Below, one piece after another: positions 1-15,000 of a stretch of 64,000 bases of DNA. Each line of letters begins with the position of its first letter. The first letter of the stretch is position 1. The notes below the pieces were generated by a model. That model saw only the letters and a program-made list of their open reading frames with translations. It searched no databases and was not told the DNA's origin. The DNA comes from Cyanophora paradoxa CCMP329 (taxonomy: Eukaryota > Plantae > Glaucophyta), in the NCBI GenBank assembly GCA_004431415.1, contig QPMI01000494.1, forward strand, positions 248,001 through 312,000. Reading direction: 5' to 3'. The translations under genes were made by a program, and so were the position numbers.

Positions 1-38
1 AACGCTTCATGATCAGTCGTATTCTTGCGATGGCGCAG

Positions 39-3000
39 GTCTACTGGACCATGTATTTTCCGGATACCAAGCGCAGCTTCAACCACGCAACTCGTACGTT
101 CAGCGCAGACGAGGAATCGGGCATCGAATTCCAGGTGATCCCTCTAGATCTCGATGCCCGACTTATCGTTTCAATGCTGAATCCGAGCGCGCGTCAATAA
201 TCCCATCGGAAATACGATCTGTTCTGATTGCATTTTGAGAGCAGCGGCCACAAACCTTCTGCGCACGCTGTCATTATATTCAGAATGCTTTTTGCAGGTG
301 TCATTCGTCCGCTACACAAGAACACAATCATACGATGACTTCGCGAAATCGTGGCCTGTTCCACTTACGGTGCCCGAAAAATGCCATAAAAATCCATCGC
401 AGCTTCTTGCGATAAATACTGATCGTCATGGCGTTTTTTTATCTTGCGCAGGTCAGCCCTAGGAGCTATCCGCTGATTCGTGACTGCGGTAACAACATCA
501 GTATTATTCGACGCTTGCTTTTGCCTCGCTCTTATCGTGCGCGCTCGGATTCTGCGAACCTCCACAGCTCGTGTCACTGTCAACACGGCCGACCGTTGGT
601 CGACCACCAATACCCTGGACGTATACGCAGAATGTTCGGTTCGCGGATATATTCGTCTCGTGCATAGATCGACGAGCTTACATCTTATAATTACCTTCAA
701 CAGGCTCCCATCACGCTGAATGAAGGGGTGCGCTTCTTACGAACAGATTACATAATTATGCGATCCCACAACTACTCATCACCGACAAAACTCTAGTGGT
801 GCCTTCGGATCAATCGTACCGACGGCGGCCTGTTCTCCGTAAGTTGCGAATTGCTGTGTATTTGAAAGCTGCATATCCTGAGTTTCAGCCAGATGGCGAT
901 GAATTCGTTTGGGATCGACAATAACAACAATAATGGTGGGCCCGTGCCCCCCTTCCCTGAACACAATCGCAACTCGAGTAACGCGAGGTCCGCGCAGCAA
1001 TGCAGACGCACGCTGTCACCGCGACGACCAATTGGATGAGCGGCTCCGGGGCTGTGAGCGACCACATGGCAGCGCAAATGGGTTGGTTGGGGAAGAGGAG
1101 CCTCAGACTTCGGCCGAAGGCCGGATGCGATGGACTATCAGGGTCCTATCCATGCGGCAATGGGAATGAAAATCCCAGCTCCTACAAACCGCTCGTGGGC
1201 GGATCGCAATTTCCAAGGCACGCATTTTTAGACTTCGAATTCTGTTTTTGTTTCTAGACTTCTGATATCTGCGACGTGACGGCTTCAACAGATGGTTAGG
1301 CCACGGCATCGGCGAGGTCATGTTTTCGGTGATCCGTCCCCGCATGGAACTCTGCAGTGTTCGTAAATTAAAGCTGCAACTTACTCGAGCGTTAATCAGC
1401 ATCCCATGAGAGATAGAATTGCGAGCTCCCGCGAAACAGCCGAGTTTCCTTGGGTAACGACGGAGGAATATGTTGTTCGTGCGTGAAAACAGCCCTTGCA
1501 CTGCAATTGCAAGCTTGCGTCGCTTCTGCGCGACGAGTTTTAATTTGGAAAACAGGTCAAACTTTCATGGATTTCAGGTTCGAATTGTTTCTGGTCGCGT
1601 GAATGGGTCTTCTGTCTACTGTCACAGTGTGTCACGGATGACGAGAATCGCACAGGCCCCTCTTCGAAATTCGGGGAAACCTCGCTGTGTCTCTTCCCGA
1701 GCCTGGAGCATACGACGCGAGGGTTATGTCGGTTGATGGAAAGTCAAATGATACGTACATTGTGCGGCCGTTCCGATCTGCGACCTCAACAGAGGCTCTC
1801 TAGTTACAACTCTCATGCTCAGGTCACTCGGTACATCTTGACGGCAATCCACGACAAAGAAGGCACAATAGGCAGTCTAAGTCTTGCACCTGATTCCTGG
1901 TGGGCGTTTAAATACTTAATCATACTTAATGCGGGCTAACGCTGCTATAGGCCGCATGCCTACACGCATCCTCGTAAGAGCGCAATTGGACTAATGGTGG
2001 ATATTGACAAGGACGGGTCTGCAAGTTTCCAGAGTCGGTTTATTCGATCATTTTCAGATCAATCTTGTATACGCAGTTTTAACAATTGGCCTGAGGAAGA
2101 CGATTATATTGACGGTGAGAAGGACACAGGACAGCAGTTAGCCTTTTGCGGGTGCTTTTGTTCTTGTTTCTTGCAATCACTTTATCGCCGCAAGATTTGC
2201 GCGCGCGTGATCATAAATTTATTTTACTTTGTTTGATTTGCGACGCACGCGCAGAGACTACTTTATTCCGTGCGCATGTTTCTAGCCATTTATATATATA
2301 ATCCATTATGCTTGATCACCCGGCCCCGCTTCTGATTTTCGTCGGTTTGGCTTTTCTTTCGGTAGAGGGGCACCGGTACATAATTGTTCTTTCTTCACAT
2401 TTCTCAAGAATTTCTGATCGGTTCTCGATTTTAATTTGAACGCAGTTTGAAGGGTTCGTTGTTCAATATGTTGCGCATGCGCATGTAAGTTTGGGAAGGG
2501 CGCGCTGATCGCTTCTATTTATAACAGCTGGGGAATCAAACTCGGCGACGACGAGTTCCACAATGCAGGCGCGTACGGTTACGTTTACATATCCGATGAT
2601 CCAAAGTTATCATAAATAACAGTTTTTCTCAGGCGCCTCCCGAGAGCTTCAGCCCGATCAGGTTATCCGACCAGCTATAACCGGAAGAGTGGTGAGCAAA
2701 ACAACAGGCTCGGATGGCTCCATCGTCGTCCACCGGGCGTTTCACCCCACTTTCAACCTCAGCGTTGAGCACACGTGCGCTCTTAGTTATCGAACAAGCG
2801 CAATTGTGTACCTTCGCTCGATTCGAGAGAGCGCTGATTGCTCTTTCGATCGCTCCAGCTACTATTTCAATATAGACGAGGAAGCGGCGCCATTGAATTT
2901 GATGAGTGCGTCCTCCTATCATTCGAGTGCTCTGATTTCCGAGTGCGGAAATGTGACTCCTCTGTTTAGTTTATATCAATGTCGTTATCCGCAACGGCGA

Positions 3001-6000
3001 CGGGTCGTCCGCAGCTCAGCTGCCCTACTACGGTTGGCAGCTGCCTTCGTTCTCCGATGACTCGCGCGATCGATCTGCCTGACCTCATAGATGCGCAGTT
3101 CGTGACATGGACCCCGGTAACTGTTTCATTCAATGCATCTTCACGTTTTAGCTTTGTCCGACTGCAGGAATTCGGTCACAGATCAGGGTCAATCGCGCAC
3201 TGCTGCTGGCCGATATGCTGCAAACGAAAACCTCGGAGCCTGGAATAATGATGTAATCGATAACATTCCAACCGATTATTGGGGCCCGGGCAAGCAGCAT
3301 TACGAAGCTAAGCGCGGCGATAACCTTTTTGCGTCGGTCGAGTTCTTTGGTTCGATAATGAAATATAAACTCCACCGAACTTGAAGCGAGCGCTAAGCCG
3401 TTCGCAGAAACCAGGAACGAGATATTGGCCCAGCCAGCCTCATCTGGGTATGCAGGCGCTTCTGGAACAGTTGCAAGCAACATTGCAGCTGGAATTGTCG
3501 CAGGTGGGACCCGATGTCGTTACATATGGTGAGAATATATAGAATGCGCTGATCGTTTTTTACATCGTGAATACAAAAGAGCGATGCGAAATCGGGTACG
3601 TGGCGGACGATGCACGTGCGCGCGTAGGTTTTTCGGGTGGCACTAGGTGCACGTTCCTCTATACGATTCTGTCACCTGCTAACGTTGTGCGATCAGGACC
3701 ACCGGCGACAAGATTAGAGATCCGTTTCTTTTCCCCTACGGATATAGAAACGTTGGTGCAAAAGTTGTCGACGACAACGATATGGGGGTTCGCGATACCT
3801 ATGTCAGTTTTAAAACTTGTCCACGTTGCTGACATAGGCCTCACGACCAGATTTGGTTCAATTTCGGTTGGTTTTCTCCACTTCTTTTTCTATGTGATTT
3901 CTAGATCTGAAACGACATCAATCATCAGGATCGCGCAATGGGGGATGGTTGGAACCAGGGGATGCAGTCAGCTTTGGAGTGCGATTTTAAAGGAATACTT
4001 TTGAAACCACGCGCTAGCACAGCTTATTTCGTCTGCAGTTCTCCATGGGCTTCAGGAGGGCCGACATCCTCGGCTTCACTAAGGATCCGTACAAATTCGT
4101 TGCTCCTCCTGTGACAATGAACGGCCTTACGGGTACGCGATGAGAATCCGAGTCGCTCTTTTCTTACTCGTGTGTGTTGAAGTGAACGTTTCTCTTTCCC
4201 AGCCGGCTGGACGAATCCCGCGGAAGGACTCACTCCGGTTGGCTACAGCCTGACGATATTTAAGGTGCACCGTGGCACGTGGGTTCCAGTTAATTCATAG
4301 CTCAATCGGCCGAGAGATCGCAATACTATATATTTAATTGACTGCAAACGTGTGCAGCTGCGAAGTGGTTTTACCTCAGACGCGCCCTCCACGACGCGCG
4401 ATCATGAGAAGCATGTGTGCACCGTGGAGGGTATTCCTAAGGGCGACAGTGGAGCTGCGATGACGAACGATTTGGAACCCGGATGTCCCGTCAGCGGCTT
4501 CGTCTGCGGCGCGTGGTACCGCACGTACCTGCGCGCCTTCAACAGACTCGGCGGCTTCCAGGAGAACTCGGTGGCTTTCCAGGCCGTCGGAAGCCCGTAT
4601 TGCGCCACTCCCACTCCGTCGCCCTCGCTCGCACCGACTCCTCCGGCGACGGGTTCATTGGCCCCGACACCCGTCCCGCCGACGCCCTCAAGCTCGCCTC
4701 GCCCGCCCACCGGCGCGGACGGGCTGCCGACCGTCCTCACCGCGGTCATCGCTGGTGGCGATCGCAGCGTCGGCCGCGACGCGTCGTTCGTCGTCGACGG
4801 CACCCCGTAAGCTTAAAAGCATCCACGCATTTCTGTGCGTGGGGGGCTATAATTTAAAGGATTACGGCAGGTCGTACAACCCGACCTGCCCAAAGACCGC
4901 TACGTACGAGTACCAGTGGCGCCTCGTGCCGAAGGGCGAGCCCTTCGACGGCGCGTCGACCGTCCTGTTCGAGACCGCCTTTGGCGCCGACAAAAAGACC
5001 GTCTCCCTTGCCACCGGCACCGCTCCGCCCCCTGCTCCCGCCATCCGTGTGTTCCCCGACTTTCGCGATCGGCTATCCATCCGCTCCTGTCTGAAAACAA
5101 AACGTCCTTCGCGTGCAGCCAACTTCATGTTCGGCAAGTCGTACACGCTCTACCTGCGCGTGAATTCGACTTGCCCGGGGGCCGGCTGGGCCGAGGACAC
5201 CACCTCGATCACCGTCAACGTCCTCGACAAGGTCCTCCCCGTCGTAAAGATCGACACGGAGACATCCAGCCTGAAGGACGCCACCAAGCTCACCGAGTCC
5301 AAGACGCTCACCATGCGCTGCCGCTCCCGCGTCGATCCCGACCCCAGTGCGCGAGCGAACCAGATCTGGAGCTTCCTCCCGCACTTGGTCACGAACGCCG
5401 GCTTCTGACCGGGCCGGGTCGCAGGCTGGCCGAGCGTGGCGGTCATGTCATGGGTCGCGCCGAACAAGGAGCCCGAGCTCGCGGAGATCCTCACCTACCT
5501 CAACGCGGGCGCCAACAAGGCGGAGAACTTCATGGTGTTCAGCCCCGAGAAGCGCCCGAAGCTGGTCTACGGTGAGCCTCGAGCTCGTCTTTTAATTTCA
5601 CCAATGCATTGAACGCAATCGCAAGGTGGCTGACTGCTTTTATCATAGATAAGATGTACCTTCTCGTGAGTCGGACATCCTGATCATGATGCGGTGACCG
5701 GTGCGCATCACCATGCGCTCACGCACGCCGCGCAGCGCTGCGTGGCCTCGTACCCAAACGCCCCGCAAGACGAAATCGTGTTCGATGAGATTCGCGTCCG
5801 GTGAGTGTATACGTACATATACTGAAGATCCAACACCGCGGCCAGCTCTCTAGCTTCGGTCACGATCTCTCAGAAATGAAAGACTTATTATAACGCATGC
5901 GCACGTCGCAGCCTCCTCGGCCCACCCAAGCCCGGCCAATGCTCCGTCACGCCCTCCGCTGGTGTCCTGCTTCAGGTGCTTTCACGGCCGCTTAGAATTG

Positions 6001-9000
6001 CAGCTGCGCGTTGGTTCCCTTGCAGTTGTTTGAGGCCAGACCAGGATACGTTCACGGTGACGGCCGAGGGCTGGACGGTCTCGGACAACGACTCCCTTCC
6101 TCTTTCATACACCCTCAAGGTGCTGCTAGCTCGCGATCGGTCCTCCCTATTGTCTTCTGCTAACGTCCACCGCAGCGCAACGGCCTGCCGGTTGCGCCCA
6201 CGCAGTACAGCGGCTCGTTTGCCGAGCTCTCCTTCCCCATCGGCCAGGTCCCGCTCGTCATCACCGTCTGCGACAAGGAGCGCAGCTGCGCAGGTGCCTG
6301 AAAGCTTCAGCTTAATGTCGGAAATTATGCCGACCACGCTTGCAATTGGTGCTTTTTGAAAACGAAAGTCTCGCTCGCAGACTGCCAGGCGAGCGTGGTC
6401 GTGCGCGCGCCGCCGGCCGGGCAGGCGTGCGACCTGTACAGGAAGCGGAAAGCGGACCTGGACGCCAAGCTCGCCGCCGGCGCCATCACCAAGAAGCAGT
6501 ACGACCAGAGCGTCCTTCAGGCCGTCTCCTCCGTCACGAGCCAGCTGCTCGAGGAGGACGCGGGTGGGCTATATATAGCTAGCCCCATCCTGGTGTGGTC
6601 GGGTACCATAGGCCTGAATTGAAGTGCCCCGCAGCGAACCCGGGCAAGTCGGAGTGCGCCAAGGCTCTGAGCGACACGCTCCTGAAGGACACGTGCGCGG
6701 CGACGCAGGACATGAGCGGCGGCCCGTACGAGGAGGCGGCCACCGCCATCGGCACCATCCGCTCCTTCTCGCGCGTCGTTGCCAAGTGCGGAACTTTGAA
6801 TGAATTCACATTGTTTTACCCTTCTGATTCGAGTCTTTTATCGTCTCCCTCGTGCAGATATTTGAAGTAATTACACCGCCCTTGATCGGCTTATTTTCGA
6901 AGTTTTACTTACGTCGCCGTTGCGTGATGCCGCAGCTACTCGGCGGAGCAGATCCTTTATGGGTGCTACCCCGATTTCGACCCGTGCTCGATCCCTCCGG
7001 ACCGCTTCTCCGAAATGCTTGGCGGGGTGTGCGATTTCGATACGTTATACATCTTAATCAGGCATACTTTCGATTGAGCGGTATATGATCGATATCTTGC
7101 CGCGTTGTGGCGGCACCTGCAGGCGGCGGCTACGATATCGAGTGCCATCGATTCTGACAGCTGGACGCCAAGCACAGCGACCGGATTGGACTCCGTAGCT
7201 GGCACAGGAACATCATCTCCCCTGAAAGATGTTCTCAGCAACCTCATCAAGGCGCGATCCGGGTGCGCTAAGCTAACGTTTACAATCATGCGTCGAATCT
7301 TGAGTGTTACAACCATCCGAACCGCTCAATTGGTTGTTCGCGATCGCCCAGCTGCATACCATGTGGTGACGGTATGAAGAGAAACGCCGCCGATGAGGCT
7401 GCTCTGGTGCGTATGCTTTGCATTTGTGTATATATGGGATAAACATTCAGCACGATATGACGCCCCTACGTAATTATTTATATGACGTTTGAATTTTCAG
7501 ACGGCCGGCAAGAGTGCGTCCGCATGCACATATGCATCTTCCTCATTCCTTTGTATCGCTGACGCCAAAATTATCTTCCGAATCCATTGCGCACAGTCTG
7601 CTTCCCTGATCCGCCTGACCGCGTGCGTCTGTACATGTCTTTGGGATTCTTCAAAAATACCCAGTTGCGATGTTGACGAACGCGCGCATGTGCAGGATGG
7701 CGTCTGGTGCAGTCTTGAATAATTGTGTATCCCGAGCTTACAATGCAACTGACCATGACCTTTCGACGTACACCAGGTTCACTGTTCCCACGAATGCCGC
7801 CGACAACGTCAACAGCGCGGTGGTGCTACTTCCGGACGAAATCAAGGCGAGCGCTAGCTATATATATATATATATATCATATATATAGCGTTTTTGGAGG
7901 TCGAATCGAGCGTGTCAGTCCTGACTGGTACACGGGCAGAGATTTGTGCCGAAGGACGGAAACGACGGCACGTGCTAATTAAACCCGACGATGATTCGAT
8001 ACCGTCTAGGTTCGCATACTATAGCTATAGCTAATCGAACCTGAGCAGGATTCGCCGTCGCCGTCTTGACAATGAGCAAGTCGCCCTACGCGCCGGTCTA
8101 CAAGGGGCCCGCAGGCTTCGTCACGGGCACCGCCCGCATTTCCGGCCTCTTCGTCGACATTACGGTCCTGGGCGCCCCAATTTACGGCATCAATCCCGAG
8201 TTTCCCATCATCATTGAGGTGGGCGCACGGCTCGAGCTCGTAGTTTGAGTGAAACATTGTGATTGTTCAGTTCTTGACGGGTAAAACGTTAACGTTCGCA
8301 GATTCCTTACGCCCAGGGAGTTGAGAGGCCAACGAAGCAGCAGGTGCGGTTTCATTATTGCCAGAGCGATTATAACTCAATGCACATGGGCGCTCACTTA
8401 ATTTTTGCATGGCGATGATTGCTCGCGTCTCTTAATATTACACGTACAGTACCTGCTGTTCTGGAACGGTGCGATTGCAGTTCGCATCTCATTCGCTTTA
8501 ATGGACATTGTCTGATCGAGTCACGACAGTGACATCGGAGAGCTGGGAGCCATGCGACCCGTACGGCACGGGCATTAACATGGCGGTGCGGGTTGGGCGT
8601 AGTCGATGTCGACGTTTAGATTGAAAGCTCGTTTATTCAAAATTTCGATTCCTCAGGACGGCGATCCCAACATCATCACGCGCGGTTCTGGCGACGTGCG
8701 TGCCCATTCGTCCTTTCTTATTTCAATGCTGAAGTGTCTTTAAATTTCTCGACGTAGATCTTCTTCAAGGACGGCACCTACTACGCCCGCGGCCGCTGCA
8801 CGCACCTTACGACGTTCACGATCGGCGAGATCGAGCTGAATACCTTCAAGTCAAGCGTGCCGCTGTACGGTGGCGTCGCGCCCCCCGACCACGAGACCTC
8901 CAAGAGCAACGCCGGCCAGGTTCGCGTCCGCCAGCGTCCTCCCGCCCCTAGGCCTCTCGAGCGCGCCTGTTTTCAACCCGGGCCCGGCGCTGCGCAGCTG

Positions 9001-12000
9001 CCTTTCATCCTCCCGATCGCGTTTGGCATCGGCGGTGTGGCGCTGCTCCTCGCCGGCTTCGCCGTCGCCAAGGCCAAGGGCGCCCTTCCGAGCTGGGGCC
9101 CCAAGTCCTCCTCGCCCTACACACCGTATTCCGGCCCGGCTCCCGGCGCCGGCGCCGGTGCCGGTGGCAACCCGTTCAACCCGGCGCGCAACGTGGGCGC
9201 GTTCGCGTCGCCGGACCAGCCGGGCGGCACCACCATCACCTGGAGCGAGCCCGAGACCGCCAGCTCTAACCCCCCGTCACAGTACGAGGCGAGCGGCGCT
9301 TCTCATCCCGAACACAGTCTAAACTTCTGCTGAATCGCGCTGCAGATCTGGTCGAGCGACCCCAGCGGCCGCCCCGGCAGGAAGCTCGGCGCCGTCCCAG
9401 CCGACAGGCTCAGCTACACCCTCCCGGCGGCCCTCGCCGGCGTCCCCGTCATCGTCCGCGCGTTCGGTCCCGGCGGCCGCTTCGCTGACGCGCCGCCCGT
9501 CTCGCCCGACCCCGCCGGGGGCGCCGGCCGCCCTCCCGCCGGGCCGTTCGACCCGCGCAACGTCCGCTCCATGCCCGCCAGCGAGCCGGCCCCCGGCGAG
9601 CCCGCCCCCGGCCCCGTCCTCACGTGGAACCCGCCCGAGGCCGCCAGTTCAGGCGCCGAGCCCGTCGTCCAGTATCAGGTCGCGGCAGAATTCGAAGCGC
9701 CCGCGCCCGAATGTTTAGTTTGCTAACGCGATTCTGTCGCGCAGCTGTGGGCTGCCGACCCGGCAGGACGCCCCTCGACCCTCCTCGGCTTTGTCCCCGG
9801 CGAAACGCTCTCCTATGTGCTCCCGACCACAGCCGGTGCCGTCGGCGGTGCGTTCGTTGTTCGCGCCCTCGGCAAGTCCGGGAGTAGCGGCGAGAGCGGA
9901 CCTATCCCGGGCCACCCCGCCGCCCTCGACGCGGCTGCGGCGCCCGCCCGCGACGCCCCGGCGAACCTGCAGCTGACCAGCGTGACCTCGGGCCTGCTCG
10001 GCGGCACAAGCGGCCGCCTTAGCTGGGGCCGCCCCGCCGCCGGAAACCCCGCCCAGTACCTCGTCCTGCAGGACGGCAAGCCCGTCGAGGGCATGCCCGG
10101 CGACCGGACCTCCGCGCCCGTCTCCGACCTGCCCCGCGACCGCCCGGCGGTCTTCCAGGTCGTGCCCCTCGACGAGCGTGGCGCCGCCGGGACGCCCTCC
10201 TACCCGCTTACGGTCGGCCTGGCGAGCGACCCGAGCTCCGGCATCAATCTCACCGCCGCGCCCGCCAACCGCGACGCCTCCAGCGCCCTCCTCGCCTGGA
10301 CCGCCCCCACCTCGGCGGCGGCCGCCGGCCTCGCCGCATACTCCGTCCTCGCCGACGGCCGCGAGATCGCCCGCGTGCCCGCCGCCGGCGCCGGCATCAC
10401 GTCTTACGTCGCCCGCGGCCTGCGGCGCGGCTACGAGACCCGCTTCTCCGTCGTGCCGCTCTCGTCGCTCGGCGGCCCCGCCGGGCCCGCGTCGGACGTC
10501 GTCCCGCTCAGCCTCGCGCTTGGCAGGCCCGCCTCGACCGCGCCGACCGACCTGCAGCTCACCAACGTCTCGACGGGCATGCTGGGCAGCATCTCGGGGA
10601 CCCTCAGCTGGGCCCCGCCCCAGTCAGGCCCCGTGCAGTCGTTCGTCGTGCTCCACGACGGGCGCGTGGCCGGGCAGATGCCGGCGCGGGAGACCAGCGT
10701 CACCCTCACGAACCTCAACGACCGCGACACCACCGTCTTCTCCGTCGTCCCGATCTACGCGAACTGTGTCGCCGGAACCGCCTCGGCCCCGCTCTACGCC
10801 GGCATCCCCCAAAACCCGGGCGCCGGCATCACGCTGACGGCATCTCCGGATCCAGTGTCGGGCTCGAGCGCTCGCCTGTCGTGGAACCGGCCGCGCGGCG
10901 GATCGGGAGGCGCCTACGGCCCTATTTCGCAGTGCGTGATGCTTTCGCTTGGCTTGTTCTGTCTTGCCGGTTGATCTTGGACGCGCAGGTACGGCGTGCT
11001 CCGCAACGGGCAGCAGATCGCCACGGTGCCGGCGTTGGATGTTGACATGAACACATTCATGGCCTCGGGCCTCCAGCCGAACTCGACCTCGGTCTACTCC
11101 GTCGTGCCCTTGTCGCCGTCCGGCAGCCCGAGCGGCCCCGGAAGCGCGGACGTGCCTGTGCAAGCCCCGCTCTCCTCCTACGGCTTGAACGGCTCTGGCG
11201 CTCCGTTCACCGCGGCCGGCCGTGGTAGCGCCGCCCTGTCGGCCCCCTCGAACCTGCAGCTGACGGGCATCTCGGCGGGCCTCATGGGCGGCGCCTCGGG
11301 CACCCTCTCGTGGAGCCGCCCGGCCTCGGGCGCCCCCGAGAGCTACCAGGTCCTCATGAACAGCGCCCCCGCCGGCTCCGTCTCGGGCGGCAAGACCTCG
11401 GTCACCGTGTCCGACCTGCTGGTCGGCGGCATCACGACCCTCCGCGTCGTCCCCGTCGGCCCGGGCGGCGTGCGCGGCGCGGAATCGGCTCCGCTCGTCG
11501 CCGGCATCCCGTCGGACGCGGGCTCGGGCATCGTGCTGACGACGGCGGCGGCCGGCGCCTCGAGCGCCCGCCTCGCGTGGACCCGGCCGCGCGGCGGCGC
11601 CTACGGCCCGATTTCGCAGTGCGTGCAAATCCCATTTGCGGCCGCGAAACGCGCTGCCCGCGACGCGCCCCTCGCTGACCTCCATTTCCGCAGGTATGCG
11701 GTCCTCAGCAACGGCCAGCAGATCGCGACCGTCCCATCGTCGAGCTCCGCCCTCGCCACTTTCACGGCGAACAACGTGCAGCCCGGCGCCGTCTTCTCGG
11801 TCGTGCCCCTCACGGCGGCCGGCGAGGCGAGCGGCCCCGGCAGCCTCGACGTCCCGCTCTCGGGCTCCGGCGGCGCGGGCTTCGGCGCCCCGTCGGCCCC
11901 CTCGAACCTGCAGCTGACGGGCGTCGACTCGGGCCTCATGGGCGGCACCTCGGGCACCCTCTCGTGGAGCCACCCGGCCTCGGGCGCCCCCGAGAGCTAC

Positions 12001-15000
12001 CAGGTCCTCATGAACGGCGCCTCGGTCGGCACCGTCTCGGGCGGTAAGACCTCGATGAGCGTCTCGGACCTGCCGCGCGGCGGCGTCGCGAACCTGAGCG
12101 TCGTGCCCATCGGCGCCGGCGGCGTGCGCGGCGCGGCGTCGGCCCCGCTGTACGCCGGCATCCCGTCGGACCCCGGCTCGGGCATCGTGCTGACGTCGGC
12201 GGCGGCCGGCGCCTCGAGCGCCCGCCTCGCGTGGACCCGCCCCCGCGGCGCCGCCTCCGGCTCTGTCTTCCAGTGCGCGAAACCGTTTTCGCGGGCCCGC
12301 CTGCCCGCGCCACGCCGGGGCTGACGCATCTGCTGCTTTGCGCGCGTGCAGGTACCGCGTGCTCCGCAACGGGCAGCAGATCGCCACGGTGCCGGCGTCG
12401 GGCGCCGAGACCACCGTGTTCACGGCGAACGGCGTCCAGCCCGGCTCCGCCTTCTCGATCGTGCCCCTCTCGGCGACCGGCAACCCGAGCGGCCCCGGCA
12501 GCGTCGCTGTTCCTGTACATGTGGCTATGGTCGCAGCCGGCGCCGCCGCGGGTGCAGCGGCTGGCTATGGCGCTGGCAACGGAACACGCAGCATCGCCGC
12601 CCCTGGCGCGCCCTCGAACCTGCAGCTGACGGGCATCTCGGCGGGCCTCATGGGCGGCGCCTCGGGCACCCTCTCGTGGAGCCGCCCGGCCTCGGGCGCC
12701 CCCGAGAGCTACCAGGTCCTCATGAACGGCGCCCCCGCCGGCTCCGTCTCGGGCGGCAAGACCTCGGTCACCGTGTCCGACCTGCTGGTCGGCGGCATCA
12801 CGACCCTCAGCGTCGTCCCCGTCGGCCCGGGCGGCGTGCGCGGCGCGGAATCGGCTCCGCTCGTCGCCGGCATCCCGTCGGACGCGGGCTCGGGCATCGT
12901 GCTGACGACGGCGGTGGCCGGCGCCTCGAGCGCCCGCCTCGCGTGGACCCGGCCGCGCGGCGGCGCCTACGGCCCGATTTCGCAGTGCGTGCAAATCCCA
13001 TTTGCGGCCGCGAAACGCGCTGCCCGCGACGTGCCCCTCGCTGACCTCCATTTCCGCAGGTATGCGGTCCTCAGCAACGGCCAGCAGATCGCGACCGTCC
13101 CATCGTCGAGCTCCGCCCTCGCCACTTTCACGGCGAACAACGTGCAGCCCGGCGCCGTCTTCTCGGTCGTGCCCCTCTCGGCGACCGGCAACCCGAGCGG
13201 CCCCGGCAGCCTCGACGTCCCGCTCTCGGGCTCCGGCGGCGCGGGCTTCGGCGCCCCGTCGGCCCCCTCGAACCTGCAGCTGACGGGCGTCGACTCGGGC
13301 CTCATGGGCGGCACCTCGGGCACCCTCTCGTGGAGCCACCCGGCCTCGGGCGCCCCCGAGAGCTACCAGGTCCTCATGAACGGCGCCCCCGCCGGCTCCG
13401 TCTCGGGCGGCAAGACCTCGATGAGCGTCTCGGACCTGCCGCGCGACGGCGTCGCGAACCTGAGCGTCGTGCCCATCGGCGCCGGCGGCGTGCGCGGCAC
13501 GGCGTCGGCCCCGCTGTACGCAGGCATCCCGTCGGACCCCGGCTCGGGCATCGTGCTGACGACGGCGGCGGCCGGCGCCTCGAGCGCCCGCCTCGCGTGG
13601 ACCCGCCCCCGCGGCGCCGCCTCCGGCTCTGTCTTCCAGTGCGCGAAACCAAACCGTTTTCACGGGCCCGCGCCACGCCGGGGCTGACGCATCTGCTGCT
13701 TTGCGCGCGTGCAGGTACGGCGTGCTCCGCAACGGGCAGCAGATCGCCACGGTACCGGTGCCAGCGTCGGGCGCCGAGACCACCGTGTTCACGGCGAACT
13801 GCGTGCAGCCCGGCTCCGCCTTCTCGATCGCGCCCCTCTCGGCGACCGGCAACCCGAGCGGCCCCAGCAGCGTCGCTGTTCCTGTGGCTATGGTCGCAGC
13901 CGGCGCCGCCGCGGGTGCAGCGGCTGGCTATGGCGCTGGCAACGGAACACGCAGCTTCGCCGCCCCTGGCGCGCCCTCGAACCTGCAGCTGACGGGCATC
14001 TCGGCGGGCCTCATGGGCGGCGCCTCGGGCACCCTCTCGTGGAGCCGCCCGGCCTCGGGCGCCCCGAGAGCTACCAGGTCCTCATGAACGGCGCCCCGCC
14101 GGCTCCGTCTCGGGCGGCAAGACCTCGGTCACCGTGTCCGACCTCCTGGTCGGCGGCATCACGACCCTCAGCGTCGTCCCCGTCGGCCCGGGCGGCGTGC
14201 GCGGCGCGGAATCGGCTCCGCTCGTCGCCGGCATCCCGTCGGACGCGGGCTCGAGCTCGGGCATCGCACTGACGGCGGCGGTGGCCGGCGCCTCGAGCGC
14301 CCGCCTCGCGTGGACTCGGCCGCGCGGCGGCGCCTACGGCCCGATTTCGCAGTGCGCGCAAATCCCATTCGCGGCCGCGAAACGCGCTGCCCGCGACGCG
14401 CCCCTCGCTGACCTCCATTTCCGCAGGTATGCGGTCCTCAGCAACGGCCAGCAGATCGCGACCGTCCCGTACGCGTCGTCGAGCTCCGCCCTCGCCACTT
14501 TCACGGCGAACAACGTGCAGCCCGGCGCCGTCTTCTCGGTCGTGCCCCTCTCGGCAGCGGGCGAGGCGAGCGGCCCCGGCAGCCTCGACGTCCCGCTCTC
14601 GGGCTCCGGCGGCGCGGGCTTCGGCGCCCCGTCGGCCCCCTCGAACCTGCAGCTGACGGGCGTCGACTCGGGCCTCATGGGCGGCACCTCGGGCACCCTC
14701 TCGTGGAGCCACCCGGCCTCGGGCGCCCCCGAGAGCTACCAGGTCCTCATGAACGGCGCCCCCGCCGGCTCCGTCTCGGGCGGCAAGACCTCGATGAGCG
14801 TCTCGGACCTGCCGCGCGACGGCGTCGCGAACCTGAGCGTCGTGCCCATCGGCGCCGGCGGCGTGCGCGGCACGGCGTCGGCCCCGCTGTACGCAGGCAT
14901 CCCGTCGGACCCCGGCTCGGGCATCGTGCTGACGACGGCGGCGGCCGGCGCCTCGAGCGCCCGCCTCGCGTGGACCCGCCCCCGCGGCGCCGCCTCCGGC

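Noticed and set aside
14062-14097. Two single-C deletions frameshifting unit 3 (pseudogene or programmed frameshift)
   Set aside because: Both shorten C5 runs to C4 relative to four other copies, which is typical of long-read homopolymer error. Needs a read check.
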